A model generated the notes under the pieces. It did no database searches, was not told the origin of the DNA, and was given only the letters and a program-made list of their open reading frames with translations. The translations under genes and the position numbers were made by a program. Positions 21,225-37,049 of a stretch of 64,000 nucleotides of DNA are shown here, one piece after another. Source of the DNA: Macrostomum lignano (Eukaryota); NCBI GenBank assembly GCA_002269645.1, contig NIVC01000863.1, positions 77,630 to 141,629 of the forward strand, read 5' to 3'. Numbering within the stretch: the stretch's first letter is position 1; each line of letters begins with the position of its first letter.

Positions 21225-22250
21225 CTCTCCTCTCCATCTCCCCTCTATCTCCCTCTCCATCTCCCATCTCTATCTCGCCTCTCTATCTCCTCTCTATCTC
21301 CCTCTCTATCTCCCCCTCTATCTCCCTCTCTATCTCCCTCTCTATCTCCCATCTCTATCTCCCTCTCTATCTCCCCTCTATCTCCCCCTCTATCTCCCTC
21401 TCTATCTCCCTCTCTATCTCCCTCTCTATCTCCCTCTCTATCTCCCTCTCTATCTCCCTCTCTATCCCCCTCTATCTCCCTCTCTATCTCCCTCTCTATC
21501 TCCCATCTCTATCTCCCTCTCTATCTCCCCCTCTATCTCCCCTCTATCTCCCTCTCTATCTCCCTCTCTATCTCCCTCTCTATCTCCCATCTCTATCTCT
21601 CCTCTCTATCTCCCTCTCTATCTCCCTCTCTATCTCCCTCTCTATCTCCCTCTCTATCTCCCTCTCTATCTCCCTCTCTATCTCCCTCTCTATCTCCCTC
21701 TCTATCTCCCTCTCTATCTCCCTCTCTATCTCCCTCTCTATCTCCCTTTCTATCTCCCTCTCCAACTCCCATCTCTATCTCCCTCTCTATCTCCCCCTCT
21801 ATCTCCCTCTCTATCTCCCTCTCTATCTCCCTCTCTATCTCCCCCTCTATCTCCCTCACTATCTCACTCTCTATCTCACTCTCTATCTCCCTCTCTATCT
21901 CCCTCTCTATCTCCCTCTCTATCTCCCTCTCTATCTCCCTCTCTATCTCCCTCTCTATCTCCCTCTCTATCTCCCTCTCCAACTCCCATCTCTATCACCC
22001 TCTCTATCTCCCTCTCTATCTCCCTCACTATCTCCCTCTCTATCTCCCTCTCTATCTCCCTCTCTATCTCCCTCTCCAACTCCCATCTCTATCACCCTCT
22101 CTATCTCCCTCTCCATCTCCCTCTCTATCTCTCTCTCTATCTCTCCTCTCCATATCCCCTCTCTATCACCCTCTCTATCTCCCTCTCCATCTCCCTCTCT
22201 ATCTCTCTCTCTATCTCTCCTCTCCATATCCCCTCTCTCCCCCTCTATCT
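21225..22250. repeat. CT-rich 12-bp repeat (TCTATCTCCCTC)n, the reverse complement of the 19760-20755 family
   Basis: Read directly; the reverse complement of the unit is GAGGGAGATAGA. Confidence 0.92.
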
Positions 22251-22609
22251 ATATGAGACGATATTACTATACTATACTATTAATATCAATAAATAAAACG
22301 ATATGCGTGTTAAAAAATCTATAATATACTAGTAAGAATATAATTAAGCAGTCTTAGACTCTTTTGTGTTGATGGAATCGATTTTTCTGTCAGTGCGCTG
22401 CTGTCATCTCACGAGCCCTAAGGAAGCGAGTGGACGAACTACAGGATAAAATTGAAAACGTCTGATATGCAGTTAGTTGAAGTGTTGGAGAAGGTCCAAG
22501 GGAGTTAACGACTTGCTAGCTTGGGTTGCAACGCTTACGGAGAATTGAATATGGAGAAGGCGGGAACAGTAAAGCAGGCACAGACTGTGAGAACAGGGGT
22601 GAAGTAGGA

Positions 22610-22750
22610 AAAGAACAGGGAGAGAGGGAAAGAGGGGGAGAGGGACAGAGGGAGAGGGAGAGAGTGAGAGGGGAGAGAGGGGGAGAGGGACAGAAGAAGA
22701 GAGGGGGAGAGAGAGAGAGAAGTAGATTAAGTCACAGAGAGAAGTAGATA

Positions 22751-22815
<65 letters not shown>

Positions 22816-22966
22816 GGAGAGAGGGAGAGAGGGAGAGAGAGAGGGGGAGAGAGAGAGCGAGAGAGAGAAGTAGATTAAGTCACAGAGAGAAGTAGATAAG
22901 AGAGAGAGACGGAGAGAAGGAGAGAAAGAGAGAGAGAGAGAGAAAGAGGAGAGGGAGAGAGGGAGA

Positions 22967-23060
<94 letters not shown>

Positions 23061-23238
23061 GAGAGGGACAGGGGGAGAGGGACAGAGAGGAAGAGAGAGA
23101 GGGGGAGGAGAGAGAGAGAGAGAAGTAGATTAAGTCACAGAGAGAAGTAGATAAGAGAGAGAGAGACGGATATAGGGAGAGAAAGAGAGAGGGAGAGAGA
23201 GAGAGAGAGGGAGAGAGGGAGAGAGGGGGAGAGGGACA

Positions 23239-23283
<45 letters not shown>

Positions 23284-23290
23284 GGAGACA
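22610..23290. repeat. (GA)n-rich tract containing three copies of a ~40-bp insert (GAAGTAGATTAAGTCACAGAGAGAAGTAGATAAGAGA)
   Basis: Insert seen near 22720, 22866 and 23121. Confidence 0.85.
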
Positions 23291-23859
23291 GGGGTGATAA
23301 AATCGCCCTAATGCTGGGCTGCGAGGCGGAACTGCAAGTGAAAATCTAGCACAGTTTAAAGCTTATCCTGATTGGAAATTCTGATTAAAATAGTGCTCAA
23401 AGGAAGCTGCCTGCCGCCTGAGCAGGCACGGAAATATTATGAGACGATTGAGTCCAAGTCTGTGCGCTAGCGAATCACAATTGAGAAAATTGCCAAGTAA
23501 TTTGGTCAGACTCGCCCCATGGTTACCATCAGCGCTTGCGAATTCGATTGCAGCAATAATTTCATGTCAATTTTTTGGTGAGAAAAGTTTTCATTTTCAT
23601 TCCCGTTTTAGACTGATGGCGGAGACGCAGATTTAAATTTGTAGCCAAGGAAAAACTTTTTCGCTCCAGATTTTCGACAAGCTACTCTCGCGGAAGCGAC
23701 TGTGTAGAATTTCTTTACAAATTTGCATTCTGGGCGGCCTGTGTCAACAGGAGCGCCGTGTGGTGATATTTTATGCCGACTAGTTAGCTCTGCAGTGCTC
23801 AGATACCCAAGCAATGTGCGATCTCGGACACAAAATGCTACGCCTCTGACACCTAAAGT

Positions 23860-24040
23860 GACTCCACTCAGACACCCAAAGTGACTCCACTCAGACACCC
23901 AAAGTGGCTCCACTCAGACACCCAAAGTGGCTCCACTCAGACACCCAAAGTGGCTCCACTCAGACACCCAAAGTGGCTCCACTCAGACACCCAAAGTGGC
24001 TCCACTCAGACACCCAAAGTGGCTCCACTCAGACACCTAA
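23860..24040. repeat. 23-bp minisatellite (CAAAGTGGCTCCACTCAGACACC) x ~8
   Basis: Read directly; contains the dyad AGTGG-CT-CCACT. Confidence 0.9.
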
Positions 24041-24049
24041 ACAGAGAAT

Positions 24050-24685
24050 CAGGGGGGAGAGAGAGGAGGAGGGAGAGAGAGGAGGGAGAGAGAGGAGAGA
24101 GGAGGGAGAGAGAGAGGGAGAGGAGGAGAGAGAGGAGGAGAGAGAGGAGGAGAGAGAGGAGGGAGAGAGAGAGGAGGAGGGAGAGAGAGAGGGGAGAGAG
24201 AGGGGAGAGAGAGGAGGGGAGAGAGGAGGGGAGAGAGAGGAGGGGAGAGAGAGGAGGAGAGAGAGGAGGGGAGAGAGAGGAGGAGAGAGAGAGAGGAGGA
24301 GAGAGAGAGGAGGAGAGAGAGGGGAGAGAGAGGAGGGGAGAGAGAGGAGGGGAGAGAGAGGAGGGAGAGAGAGGAGGAGAGAGAGAGGAGGAGAGAGAGG
24401 AGGGAGAGAGAGGAGGGAGAGAGAGGAGGGAGAGAGAGGAGGAGAGAGAGGAGGGGAGAGAGAGGAGGGAGAGAGAGGAGGGAGAGAGAGGAGGAGAGAG
24501 AGAGGAGAGAGAGAGGAGGGGAGAGAGAGGAGGGAAGAGAGAGGAGGGGAGAGAGAGGAGGGGAGAGAGAGGAGGGGAGAGAGAGGAGGGAAGAGAGAGG
24601 AGGGGAGAGAGAGGAGGGGAGAGAGAGGAAGGGAGAGAGAGAGGAGAGAGAGGAGGGGAGAGAGAGAAGGGGGAGAGAGCTGAGA
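24050..24685. repeat. GA-rich degenerate repeat (GAGAGAGGAGG)n
   Basis: Read directly. Confidence 0.88.
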
Positions 24686-25175
24686 AGAGACACGAACCCT
24701 GAGCGGGCCGGGCCGGATTGCTATTGTGAAGTTTCAAAAAACTCGAGGGCCAAATAGAGAGAGGCTTCGCGGGCCGGAGTTGGCCATCATCCGGATTGAT
24801 GGGTGCATTAACTATGCTGCAAATAGGGGACAGCAACAGAATCAAACAGTATGGAGAAAGACAGGGTAGACATTCTAAGCGGGCGCTCAGTCGGACCCCG
24901 TGGGAAAAGAGGAAGATGGATGGAGTGCAAAATAATGATGGGGATGCTCGCAGGTGGCTATAGCGATGAGAAACAGTCGACAATAGAGAAATTGGATGTC
25001 GGCGGTTGAAAGTCGTGAATCAAACGAAATGCATGCTTCAGAAATAGGTGAGATGTTGGGGAATTCACTGCTGACGGCTGCTCCTCCTGCTGGGATAAAT
25101 ACCGGTAGTTCCCAAACAAAAGCTCTGCAATTAGCTCCGAATCGACAATCCGGATTTACTGACAAGATTACCGAC

Positions 25176-27121
25176 ATGACTTTTCGGCGATGCTGCACCT
25201 TTGAAGTTGCGCTTGCTGTCTGTTTGACAGCTGCAATAGCCGCGGAAGTGATCAGTTCGGGTGTGCAGTTCACCGCTGCCAGGACAGCCAGTGCTGTCGC
25301 TCCGTTGAACTTTCTCGATGTGCAGCCCGAAGACGGCGAGATCAGCTGCGGCATCGTGTGCAGCCGCAGGTCGCACTGTTTCGGCTTCTACTGGCTGCTC
25401 GGCGCGTGTCGGCTCTTCGACTTGCAGGCGTTTCTCAATGCCAGCGCCTGGGTCAGCACCGGCGCCTGTGACATCTTCGTGCGAGGTGGGTCACCACCTG
25501 ATCCCCATTGCCAAGAGACAGGGGCGCCCACCAAGAGACAGGGGCGCCCATCAAGAGACAGGGGCGCCCATCAAGAGACAGGGGGCGCCCACCAAGAGAC
25601 AGGGGCGCCCACCAAGAGACAAGGGCGCCCACCAAGAGACAGGGGCGCCAACTACGAGACAGGGGCGCCCACCAAGAGACAGGGGCGCCCACCAAGAGAC
25701 AGGGGCGCCCATCAAGAGACAGGGACGCCCACCAAGAGACAGGGGCGCCAACCAAGAGACAGGGGCGCCAACTACGAGACGGGGGCGCCAACCAAGAGAC
25801 AGGGGGCGCCAACTACGAGACGGGGGCGCCCACCAAGAGACAGGGGCGCCAACCAAGAGACAGGGGCGCCCACCAAGAGACAGGGGCGCCAACCAAGAGA
25901 CAGGGGCGCCCATCAAGAGACAGGGACGCCCATCAAGAGACAGGGGGCGCCAACCAAGAGACAGGGGCGCCCACCAAGAGACAGGGGCGCCCTCCAAGAG
26001 ACAGGGGCGCCAACCAAGAGACAGGGGCGCCAACCAAGAGACAGGGGCGCCCATAAAGAGACAGGGGCGCCCATCAAGAGACAGGGGGCGCCCACCAAGA
26101 GACAGGGGCGCCCACCAAGAGACAGGGGCGCCCATCAAGAGACAGGGACGCCCACCAAGAGACAGGGGCGCCCACCAAGAGACAGGGGCGCCCATCAAGA
26201 GACAGGGACGCCCACCAAGAGACAGGGGCGCCAACCAAGAGACAGGGGCGCCAACTACGAGACGGGGGCGCCAACCAAGAGACAGGGGCGCCAACTACGA
26301 GACGGGGGCGCCAACCAAGAGACAGGGGCGCCCTCCAAGAGACAGGGGCGCCAACCAAGAGACAGGGGGCGCCCACCAAGAGACAGGGGCGCCCATAAAG
26401 AGACAGGGGCGCCCATCAAGAGACAGGGGGCGCCCACCAAGAGACAGGGGCGCCCACCAAGAGACAGGGGCGCCCATCAAGAGACAGGGACGCCCACCAA
26501 GAGACAGGGGCGCCCACCAAGAGACAGGGGCGCCCATCAAGAGACAGGGACGCCCACCAAGAGACAGGGGCGCCAACTACGAGACGGGGGCGCCAACCAA
26601 GAGACAGGGGGCGTCCACCAAGACACCAAATGCTGTTATTAATTTGTGTTGCGGCCCCTCCAATTAAAATTGCCACACACGTCACTGCAAAAAAAACTGC
26701 CTGCCTGTTCCTATTAGTTACAGATTCTAAGAAACTGCCAATTGCCAGCTGCGGCCAGAGCTCATCGGTAGAGCCGTGCAGCCGCGCAATTGATGGCGGA
26801 ACAAATCAACATTATCACAGGCATTCCTGCACTCACACCAATAAAAACCTCAATGAGTGGTGGGAGGCCAGTCTCACGGCTCCATCTCTCGTGTCATTCG
26901 TCACCATCTACAACAGGCAGGACTGCTGCCCTGAGAGACTGAACAGTTTCGACATCCTTGTGGACGGTTCCGTGTGTAACCAGGTGAGGCTCAGCGCTCC
27001 GTTCTCTGTGTCCAACTTCACCTGCAACGCCTTCGGCTCGAGAATCCGCATTTTGAGTCGCAGCAATGGTGCAGAATACGTCACCATCTGCGAGTTCATG
27101 GCCTATGGCATGCAAGGTTAG
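25176..27121 (+). CDS. Secreted PAN/Apple-domain + F-type lectin (fucolectin, F5/8-type-C fold) protein, 235 aa; join(25176..25485,26724..27121)
   Basis: Signal-peptide-like N-terminus (VALAVCLTAAIAA); Apple-type cysteine pattern SCGIVCSRRSHCFGFYWLLGAC. Phase-1 intron G|GTGGG ... TTACAG|AT. Exon 2 has AIDG, CTHT, WW and the motif H-X26-R-Q-D-X4(CCPE)-R, ending TICEFMAYG. 708 nt = 236 codons including stop. Confidence 0.9.
25510..26620. repeat. ~21-bp GC-rich minisatellite (CCACCAAGAGACAGGGGCGCC)n filling the lectin intron
   Basis: Read directly; lies between the donor at 25486 and the acceptor at 26723. Confidence 0.95.
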
Positions 27122-27504
27122 CGAGGTGTCGCCATTCGTTGCGATTAAAAACCAATTTTGAGTCTGCTGGAGTTAAGTCAGAAAAATATTGGATAAATAA
27201 AAACTTTAACCGCCTGCTCCTGTTTTTGTTGACTTTCTGAGCAAAAAAATTCCCTTTCTTTTGTCTACTAAACTCTCACTTCAAACTAAATGGAACTATT
27301 TGGTTGATTTCGTCTTGCGAAACTTTTAAAGTCCAATTTGATTTCATACTAACGTACAAGTGTGAATTATTAGACCAACAATATAGGTTTTTGGTCAAAG
27401 TTACATAACTTTGAATTGAAAGTTTTGTGCCAGTTGTTGTGGCACAAGGTCTTGTCTTCCAATCTTCAATTTTGATTGGCTCGTGAGTGGTCTGTGTGAT
27501 GAGA

Positions 27505-27511
27505 CAGACGG

Positions 27512-27598
<87 letters not shown>
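27505..27598. repeat. (GACA)n microsatellite
   Basis: Read directly. Confidence 0.92.
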
Positions 27599-28189
27599 CT
27601 CTGCACTTCAGTGGACAGTGCAGTGAGTGCCCCAGCCAGCAGTTACCCGTGGTTCCCCGCACTCAAGAAGGGCGATTCTCAAGCAATCGACACTCCCCGT
27701 CGCCCGAATAGCCGCAATTAAATTTCTTGCAGCCCCGTCCCGCTCTCCCGCAGCCATCTATCGATCGGAACTCGGTCTTTTCCGAGCCTGTGAAGTGCCG
27801 ACTGTCACAAATCATTTTTCGCTTACCCCAAGCTGCTCTCATCTGCAGTCTCTTTCCCCTCCCCATCCTTGGACCAGCTCGGCCGAGCTCATCCTGTCTG
27901 TCAATCAATGGGGCGTCAGAGGTCTCGAGAATTCTGTTTATTCTTCAGGGCCCGCCGCAGAGAACCAAAAATCGATTTCCCTTATACCACTGAGCATTCC
28001 CTATTAATCTGCCTATTTGTATTGGTTATCTGCCAGTGGTGAATGAAAATCATTTGGACCTGATGCGTTGGTTATTATTATTGACCGTGTGGGACCGCCG
28101 GCGCACTTGTCAACCAAATTATTGACCAACTATTCAAATGGACTCGAATATGTGCCAAATATTTCTTGATGGACTGAAAATGCTAGCGT

Positions 28190-29385
28190 CTGCTACCCTC
28201 TCCTACCCTCTTCTACCCTCTTCTACCCTCTCCTATCCTCTTCTACCCTCTCCTACCCTCTTCTACCCTCTCCTACCCTCTTCTACCCTCTCATATTCTC
28301 TCCTAGCCTCTCCTACCCTCTCCTACCCTCTCCTACCCTCTCCTACCCTCTTCTACCCTCTGATATTCTCTCCTAGCCCTCCTACCCTCTCCTACCCTCT
28401 CCTACCCTCTCCTACCCTCTCCTACCCTCTTCTACCCTCTCATATTCTCTCCTAGCCCTCCTACCCTCTCCTACCCTCTCCTACCCTCTCCTACCCTCTT
28501 CTACCCTCTCCTACACTCTTCTACCCTCTCATATTCTCTCCAAGCCTCTCCTAGCCTCTCCTACCCTCTCCTATCCCCTCCTACCCTCTCCTACCCTCTC
28601 CTAGCCTCTCCTACCCTCTCCTACCCTCTCCTACCCTCTCCTACCCTCTTCTACCCTCTCATATTCTCTCCTAGCCCTCCTACCCTCTCCTACCCTCTCC
28701 TACCCTCTTCTACCCTCTCCTACACTCTTCTACCCTCTCATATTCTCTCCAAGCCTCTCCTAGCCTCTCCTACCCTCTTCTACCCTCTCCTACACTCTTC
28801 TACCCTCTCATATTCTCTCCAAGCCTCTCCTAGCCTCTCCTACCCTCTCCTATCCCTCCTACCCTCTCCTACCCTCTTATATTCTCTCCTACCCTCTCCT
28901 ACCCTCTTATATTCTCTCCTACCCTCTCCTACCCTCTCATATTCTCTCCTAGCCTCTCCTACCCTCTCCTACTCTCTCCTATCCCCTCCTATCCTCTCCT
29001 ACCCTCTCCTACCCTCTCCTACCCTCTCCTATCCCCTCCTAGCCTCTCCTAGCCTCTCCTACCCTCTCCTACCCTCTCCTACCCTCTTATATTCTCTCCT
29101 ACCCTCTCCTACCCTCTCATATTCTCTCCTAGCCTCTCCTACCCTCTCCTACTCTCTCCTATCCCCTCCTATCCTCTCCTACCCTCTCCTACCCTCTCCT
29201 ACCCTCTCCTACCCTCTCCTATCCCCTCCTAGCCTCTCCTAGCCTCTCCTACCCTCTCCTATCCCCTCCTATCCTCTCCTACCCTCTCCTACCCTCTCCT
29301 ACCCTCTCATATTCTCTCCTACCCTCTCCTACCCTCTCCTATCCTATCCTACCCTCTCTTGCTCTCTCCAACCTCTCCTACTCCC
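28190..29385. repeat. 10-bp CT-rich repeat (CTACCCTCTC)n with variants
   Basis: Read directly. Confidence 0.92.
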
Positions 29386-29994
29386 TTCATCCCCTTAGAA
29401 CTCACTTCTTAACCCTTTTACCGACTTTCTCCATCGTTTTTCATCACACTGAATCGAACTGCTGAGTCATACAATACTAGCGAAAAATTTCGCTGTAAAG
29501 AAATCTTTAACGATAAAAGCGCACTATAGGCCTAACAGTAGCACGCAGCGATGCGAACATTGGCTTTTTATTAATAGTTTTTTGCAAACTGAAGCAAGAA
29601 AAAAACCTAAAAGTGATATTCCATAGAAATTTTAATAAATTTCTTCAGCTAGCTAAAAGGTTACCGTACTGCGCAATAACCTTGCAGACACAGGGGTAAA
29701 ACACACACATGTTCACCGCATGCACTCTGCGGCGTGAAAACGAGGATATTGAAATATAGGATGCAAAAGTTTTAGTGACATTTAAAACCTTTTTTATTCA
29801 AGTTGGAATTCCATGGGTCTTCGGATTCTGTCTATCTGTTCGTCTAATTGCCCAATAGAAGAAAGAACATATTGTAGAGGTACGCATTTCACGCATTTTT
29901 TGTTTATCTATGCATTTGACTGAACTTTCCGTGACTGAATATAGTGCAAGTGAATATCAGAGTTGAAAATCAGTCTGGAGTGGGTTAGAGACAG

Positions 29995-31425
29995 AAGAGG
30001 AGAGAGAGAAGAGAGAGAAGAGAGAGGAGAGAGATGAGTAGAGAGAGGAGAGAGATGAGTAGAGAGAGGAGAGAGATGAGTAGAGAGAGGAGAGAGTTGA
30101 GTAGAGAGAGGAGAGAGTTGAGTAGAGAGAGGAGAGAGATGAGTAGAGAGAGGATAGAGATGAGTAGAGATGAGGAGAGAGGAGAGAGAGAAGAGAGAGA
30201 AGAGAGATGAGGAGAGATGAGGAGAGAGGAGAGAGAGGAGAGAGATGAGTAGAGAGAGGAGAGAGATGAGTAGAGAGAGGAGAGAGTTGAGTAGAGAGAG
30301 GAGAGAGTTGAGTAGAGAGAGGAGAGAGATGAGTAGAGAGAGGATAGAGATGAGTAGAGATGAGGAGAGAGGAGAGAGAGAAGAGAGAGAAGAGAGATGA
30401 GGAGAGATGAGGAGAGAGGAGAGAGAGGAGAGAGATGAGTAGAGAGAGGAGAGAGATGAGGAGAGATGAGGAGAGAGGAGAGAGAGGAGAGAGATGAGTA
30501 GAGAGAGGAGAGAGATGAGGAGAGATGAGGAGAGAGGAGAGAGAGGAGAGAGATGAGTAGAGAGAGGAGAGAGATGAGTAGAGAGAGGAGAGAGTTGAGT
30601 AGAGAGAGGAGAGAGTTGAGTAGAGAGAGGAGAGAGATGAGTAGAGAGAGGAGAGAGTTGAGTAGAGAGAGGATAGAGATGAGTAGAGAGAGGAGAGAGA
30701 TGAGTAGAGAGAGGAGAGAGATGAGTAGAGAGAGAGATGAGTAGAGAGAGAGATGAGTAGAGAGAGGAGAGAGATGAGTAGAGAGAGGATAGAGATGAGT
30801 AGAGAGAGGAAGGAGATAAGTAGAGAGAGGATAGAGATGAGTAGAGAGAGGAGAGAGATGAGTAGAGAGAGAGGAGAGAGATGAGTAGAGAGAGGAGAGA
30901 GATGAGTAGAGAGAGGAGAGAGATGAGTAGAGAGAGGAGAGAGATGAGTAGAGAGAGAGATGAGTAGAGAGAGGAGAGAGATGAGTAGAGAGAGGAAGGA
31001 GATAAGTAGAGAGAGGATAGAGATGAGTAGAGAGAGGATAGAGATGAGTAGAGAGAGGAGAGAGATGAGTAGAGAGAGGAGAGAGATGAGTAGAGAGAGG
31101 AGAGAGATGAGTAGAGAGAGGAGAGAGATGAGTAGAGAGAGGAGAGAGATGAGTAGAGAGAGAGATGAGTAGAGAGAGGAGAGAGATGAGTAGAGAGAGG
31201 ATAGAGATGAGTAGAGAGAGGAGAGAGATGAGTAGAGAGAGGAGAGAGATGAGTAGAGAGAGGAGAGAGATGAGTAGAGAGAGGAGAGAGTTGAGTAGAG
31301 AGAGGATAGAGATGAGTAGAGAGAGGAGAGAGATGAGTAGAGAGAGGAAGGAGATGAGTAGAGAGAGGATAGAGATGAGTAGAGAGAGGAGAGAGATGAG
31401 TAGAGAGAGGAGAGTGACGAAGAAA
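29995..31425. repeat. 21-bp GA-rich repeat (GAGTAGAGAGAGGAGAGAGAT)n
   Basis: Read directly; source of ORFs 29957..31564 and 29985..31511. Confidence 0.92.
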
Positions 31426-32037
31426 GAGAGGAGAGATATAGGAAAGGGGGAGAGTTGCAGATGTACCGCAGAGAAGGGGAGGCCACTGCAGTCACAACCC
31501 TGACAACACATGAATTGAAGGCCACTGAAGCCTTGCAGCAGAGCCAGTGGAAGGGCCCTGGCAAGTCAGAATCTGAGATCTATAAAATTTTAGCAAGCCT
31601 GTCAGTCGGCCAGGATCTGATTAGCAAAGCACATCTGGCTCCGGGGATAAGATTGAATTGGAAATTAAAAGGCAGACTTGAATGCAGGCTGAGCTCCCAT
31701 GCGCATGTATCTGATAGTCCTTGTCTATGCAAAGCTTTAGGGATAAAAGTTTATGCTGCGATTCTCTCCCGGGCTCTGTCGGGAAACTTTGTCTTCCATT
31801 GCTGAGATTTTGCTGGAGGGGCGGGATTCGCTCTGATCCTTAATTCCCTCTTTACCCCTTCCTTATGAAGCTTTGCCGATCCACTGAAGGTCATAAAAGT
31901 ACATCGGAAGTTTTTCTAGTCGGGTTTATAAACAACTCGTTTTTGTGCTGGGGGGGAGCCACCGTATGTTATTGAATTAATAAGTTGGTACACGTGCACT
32001 TTTCTGAATCTGCGTTGTAACAGACCAGTTTGGGACC

Positions 32038-32275
32038 ACTGTCTGTCTGTCTGTCTGTCTGTCTTAGTGTCTGTCTGTCTGTCTGTCTTAGTGTCTGTCT
32101 GTCTGTCTGTCTTTGTGTCTGTCTGTCTGTCTGTCTTAGTATCTGTCTTAGTGTCTGTCTTAGTATCTGTCTTAGTGTCTGTCTTAGTATCTGTCTTAGT
32201 GTCTGTCTTAGTGTCTGTCTGTCCGTCTGTCTATCTCTCTGTCTGTCTGTCTGTCTGTCTGTCTTAGTGTCTTAG

Positions 32276-32320
<45 letters not shown>

Positions 32321-32325
32321 CTCTG
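32038..32325. repeat. (GTCT)n microsatellite with TTAGT interruptions
   Basis: Read directly. Confidence 0.9.
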
Positions 32326-33109
32326 TCCGTGTGTCGCTCTGTTTTTATCTAATTTCTGACAATGGGTTCGATTGCAGAACATTGCAATTCGCACCATGAA
32401 TGCCAGCCACCAAGGCACAGAGATGGTACCCGTCTGACATGAAAAAGTCAAGGCTGCATGAGCGTTTGACTGTGCACCGCAGTACGTATTTGGGTCTGTT
32501 ATTGAGTGCAAGACTGCTAATTTTGAATAGCCTAATCTGTGAGAGCATAAGAAACCGAAAGCAATGCCCATCCAGATCTTTTAAAAATCCGCGCTCAGCT
32601 GCGATGCGAGCTAAAAGTGCAAGCTGCCCTCGACGAAGCTGAGGTTATCAATCTTGCTAATGAAAACCTTGCGTTTCACGTGTTCTCCATTAGGACTCTT
32701 GCTTTTCTTTGAAGAATATTTCTGTGGCCAGCATAGAGACTTAGTTGCTATGGGAAGGACTGTAAGGGTTAATTTCAGTGCCCACAAGGCTTTGACAGAT
32801 GGCTTGTACTACGTCGAGTTCAGTGAGATGGCCTGTTCGAGACGTGAATAGTAGGGATCTGTCTTCGATTCAGTTCGAGCAGATGATAGCTATGACATGT
32901 CTGATGAGTCTCTGCCTCTCTGAGAGCCACTCTGCGTTGGACCCGCAAAGCTAATTCCTCTGCTCAAGTCTTTTCAACATCAACATTAATTTTCTTTTTT
33001 TGCCTCACACAGTCGGGCTCAGCATGAATGCAAGTCACTGTTTATGTCCGAGGCATCCTGCAGTACGAGGTAGGCAGATGTAAGTGGAAAGATAAAAATT
33101 ATATTATAG

Positions 33110-36037
<2,928 letters not shown>

Positions 36038-37049
36038 ATAGGTATCCATATCAACTGCCGCTGCAATTTTCTCAATGCCAACAACACTGACACGCAAGGG
36101 CATCAAATTTGGCCCAGCCTGGCCCGCTGCTGAGCGGGATTGACTATAATTGAATTTCTTCAAGAATTACGGATTCAATTCCCAATCTCGTCGGAGAGAA
36201 GCGAACAGTCTTCATAAATGATCAAAAATAAATCTACGAGTTTGCGAAAAAATTTGATGCCATTTTGGAGACGTTTCTTTGACAGCAGAACATGAATAAG
36301 TGTAATAAATTATGACAACAGGCTTATGTATACCCCACCAGCTCAGAATAACAAAACCAACTTTATTTCGAATATAAAATTTAATGTTAATAAAAGTAAA
36401 AAAACATGAATTGTTCGTTGCATAGCTAACAGTCAGATTATTTATTTAATGAAATACAGAAATAACTTTATTGCAAAGATAACTAGAAAGGCAATAGTCT
36501 GACAAAATAGTTTAAAAAACTACGTTATTTATCGTATTTCTAAGAAAACGAACACAACAAAAATATGTGGTTTAAATAATTGCAATGATTACAATTTTTA
36601 ACAAATTATGACTGGTAAAATAAGATTCGAGTCAATATTGTCAACTTTTCATTAATTTCACTTCACCATAGAAAACTAAATTGCACACGTGAAATTTAAA
36701 TTTAAAAGTCTAAAACGACAACAACCATTAAAACAAAACATGCCGCGTTTGATTTGATTTATAAAAATAGTTTTTTGTACACAGATGCTCTTCAAAAGTT
36801 TTAATTGACCAAAATAATGTACAAAAAATCATACGAAAAATTATTTTAAAAATGACAAAGAATGAGAAACCCATTGCTGCATCCTTTTTACATAGAGTTT
36901 TACTAAATGAATTTAAAATATGGCTAGAGATAAAACGATATCGCAAACAATCGAAACTGACTAGTTAACAGACTTTAATCATCTGAATCCAAAAAATGAA
37001 TACTGAGTGAGAGCAGGCAGTAGCTGTGACACTTCCTTTGATACTTGTA

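Noticed and set aside
25486-26642. 548-aa read-through ORF with RQGRPPRDRGAHQETGAPTK repeats, superficially like a basic adhesive protein
   Set aside because: Lies between a good donor and acceptor that join PAN to F-lectin in frame; the T-poor unit is stop-free by composition and drifts through all frames
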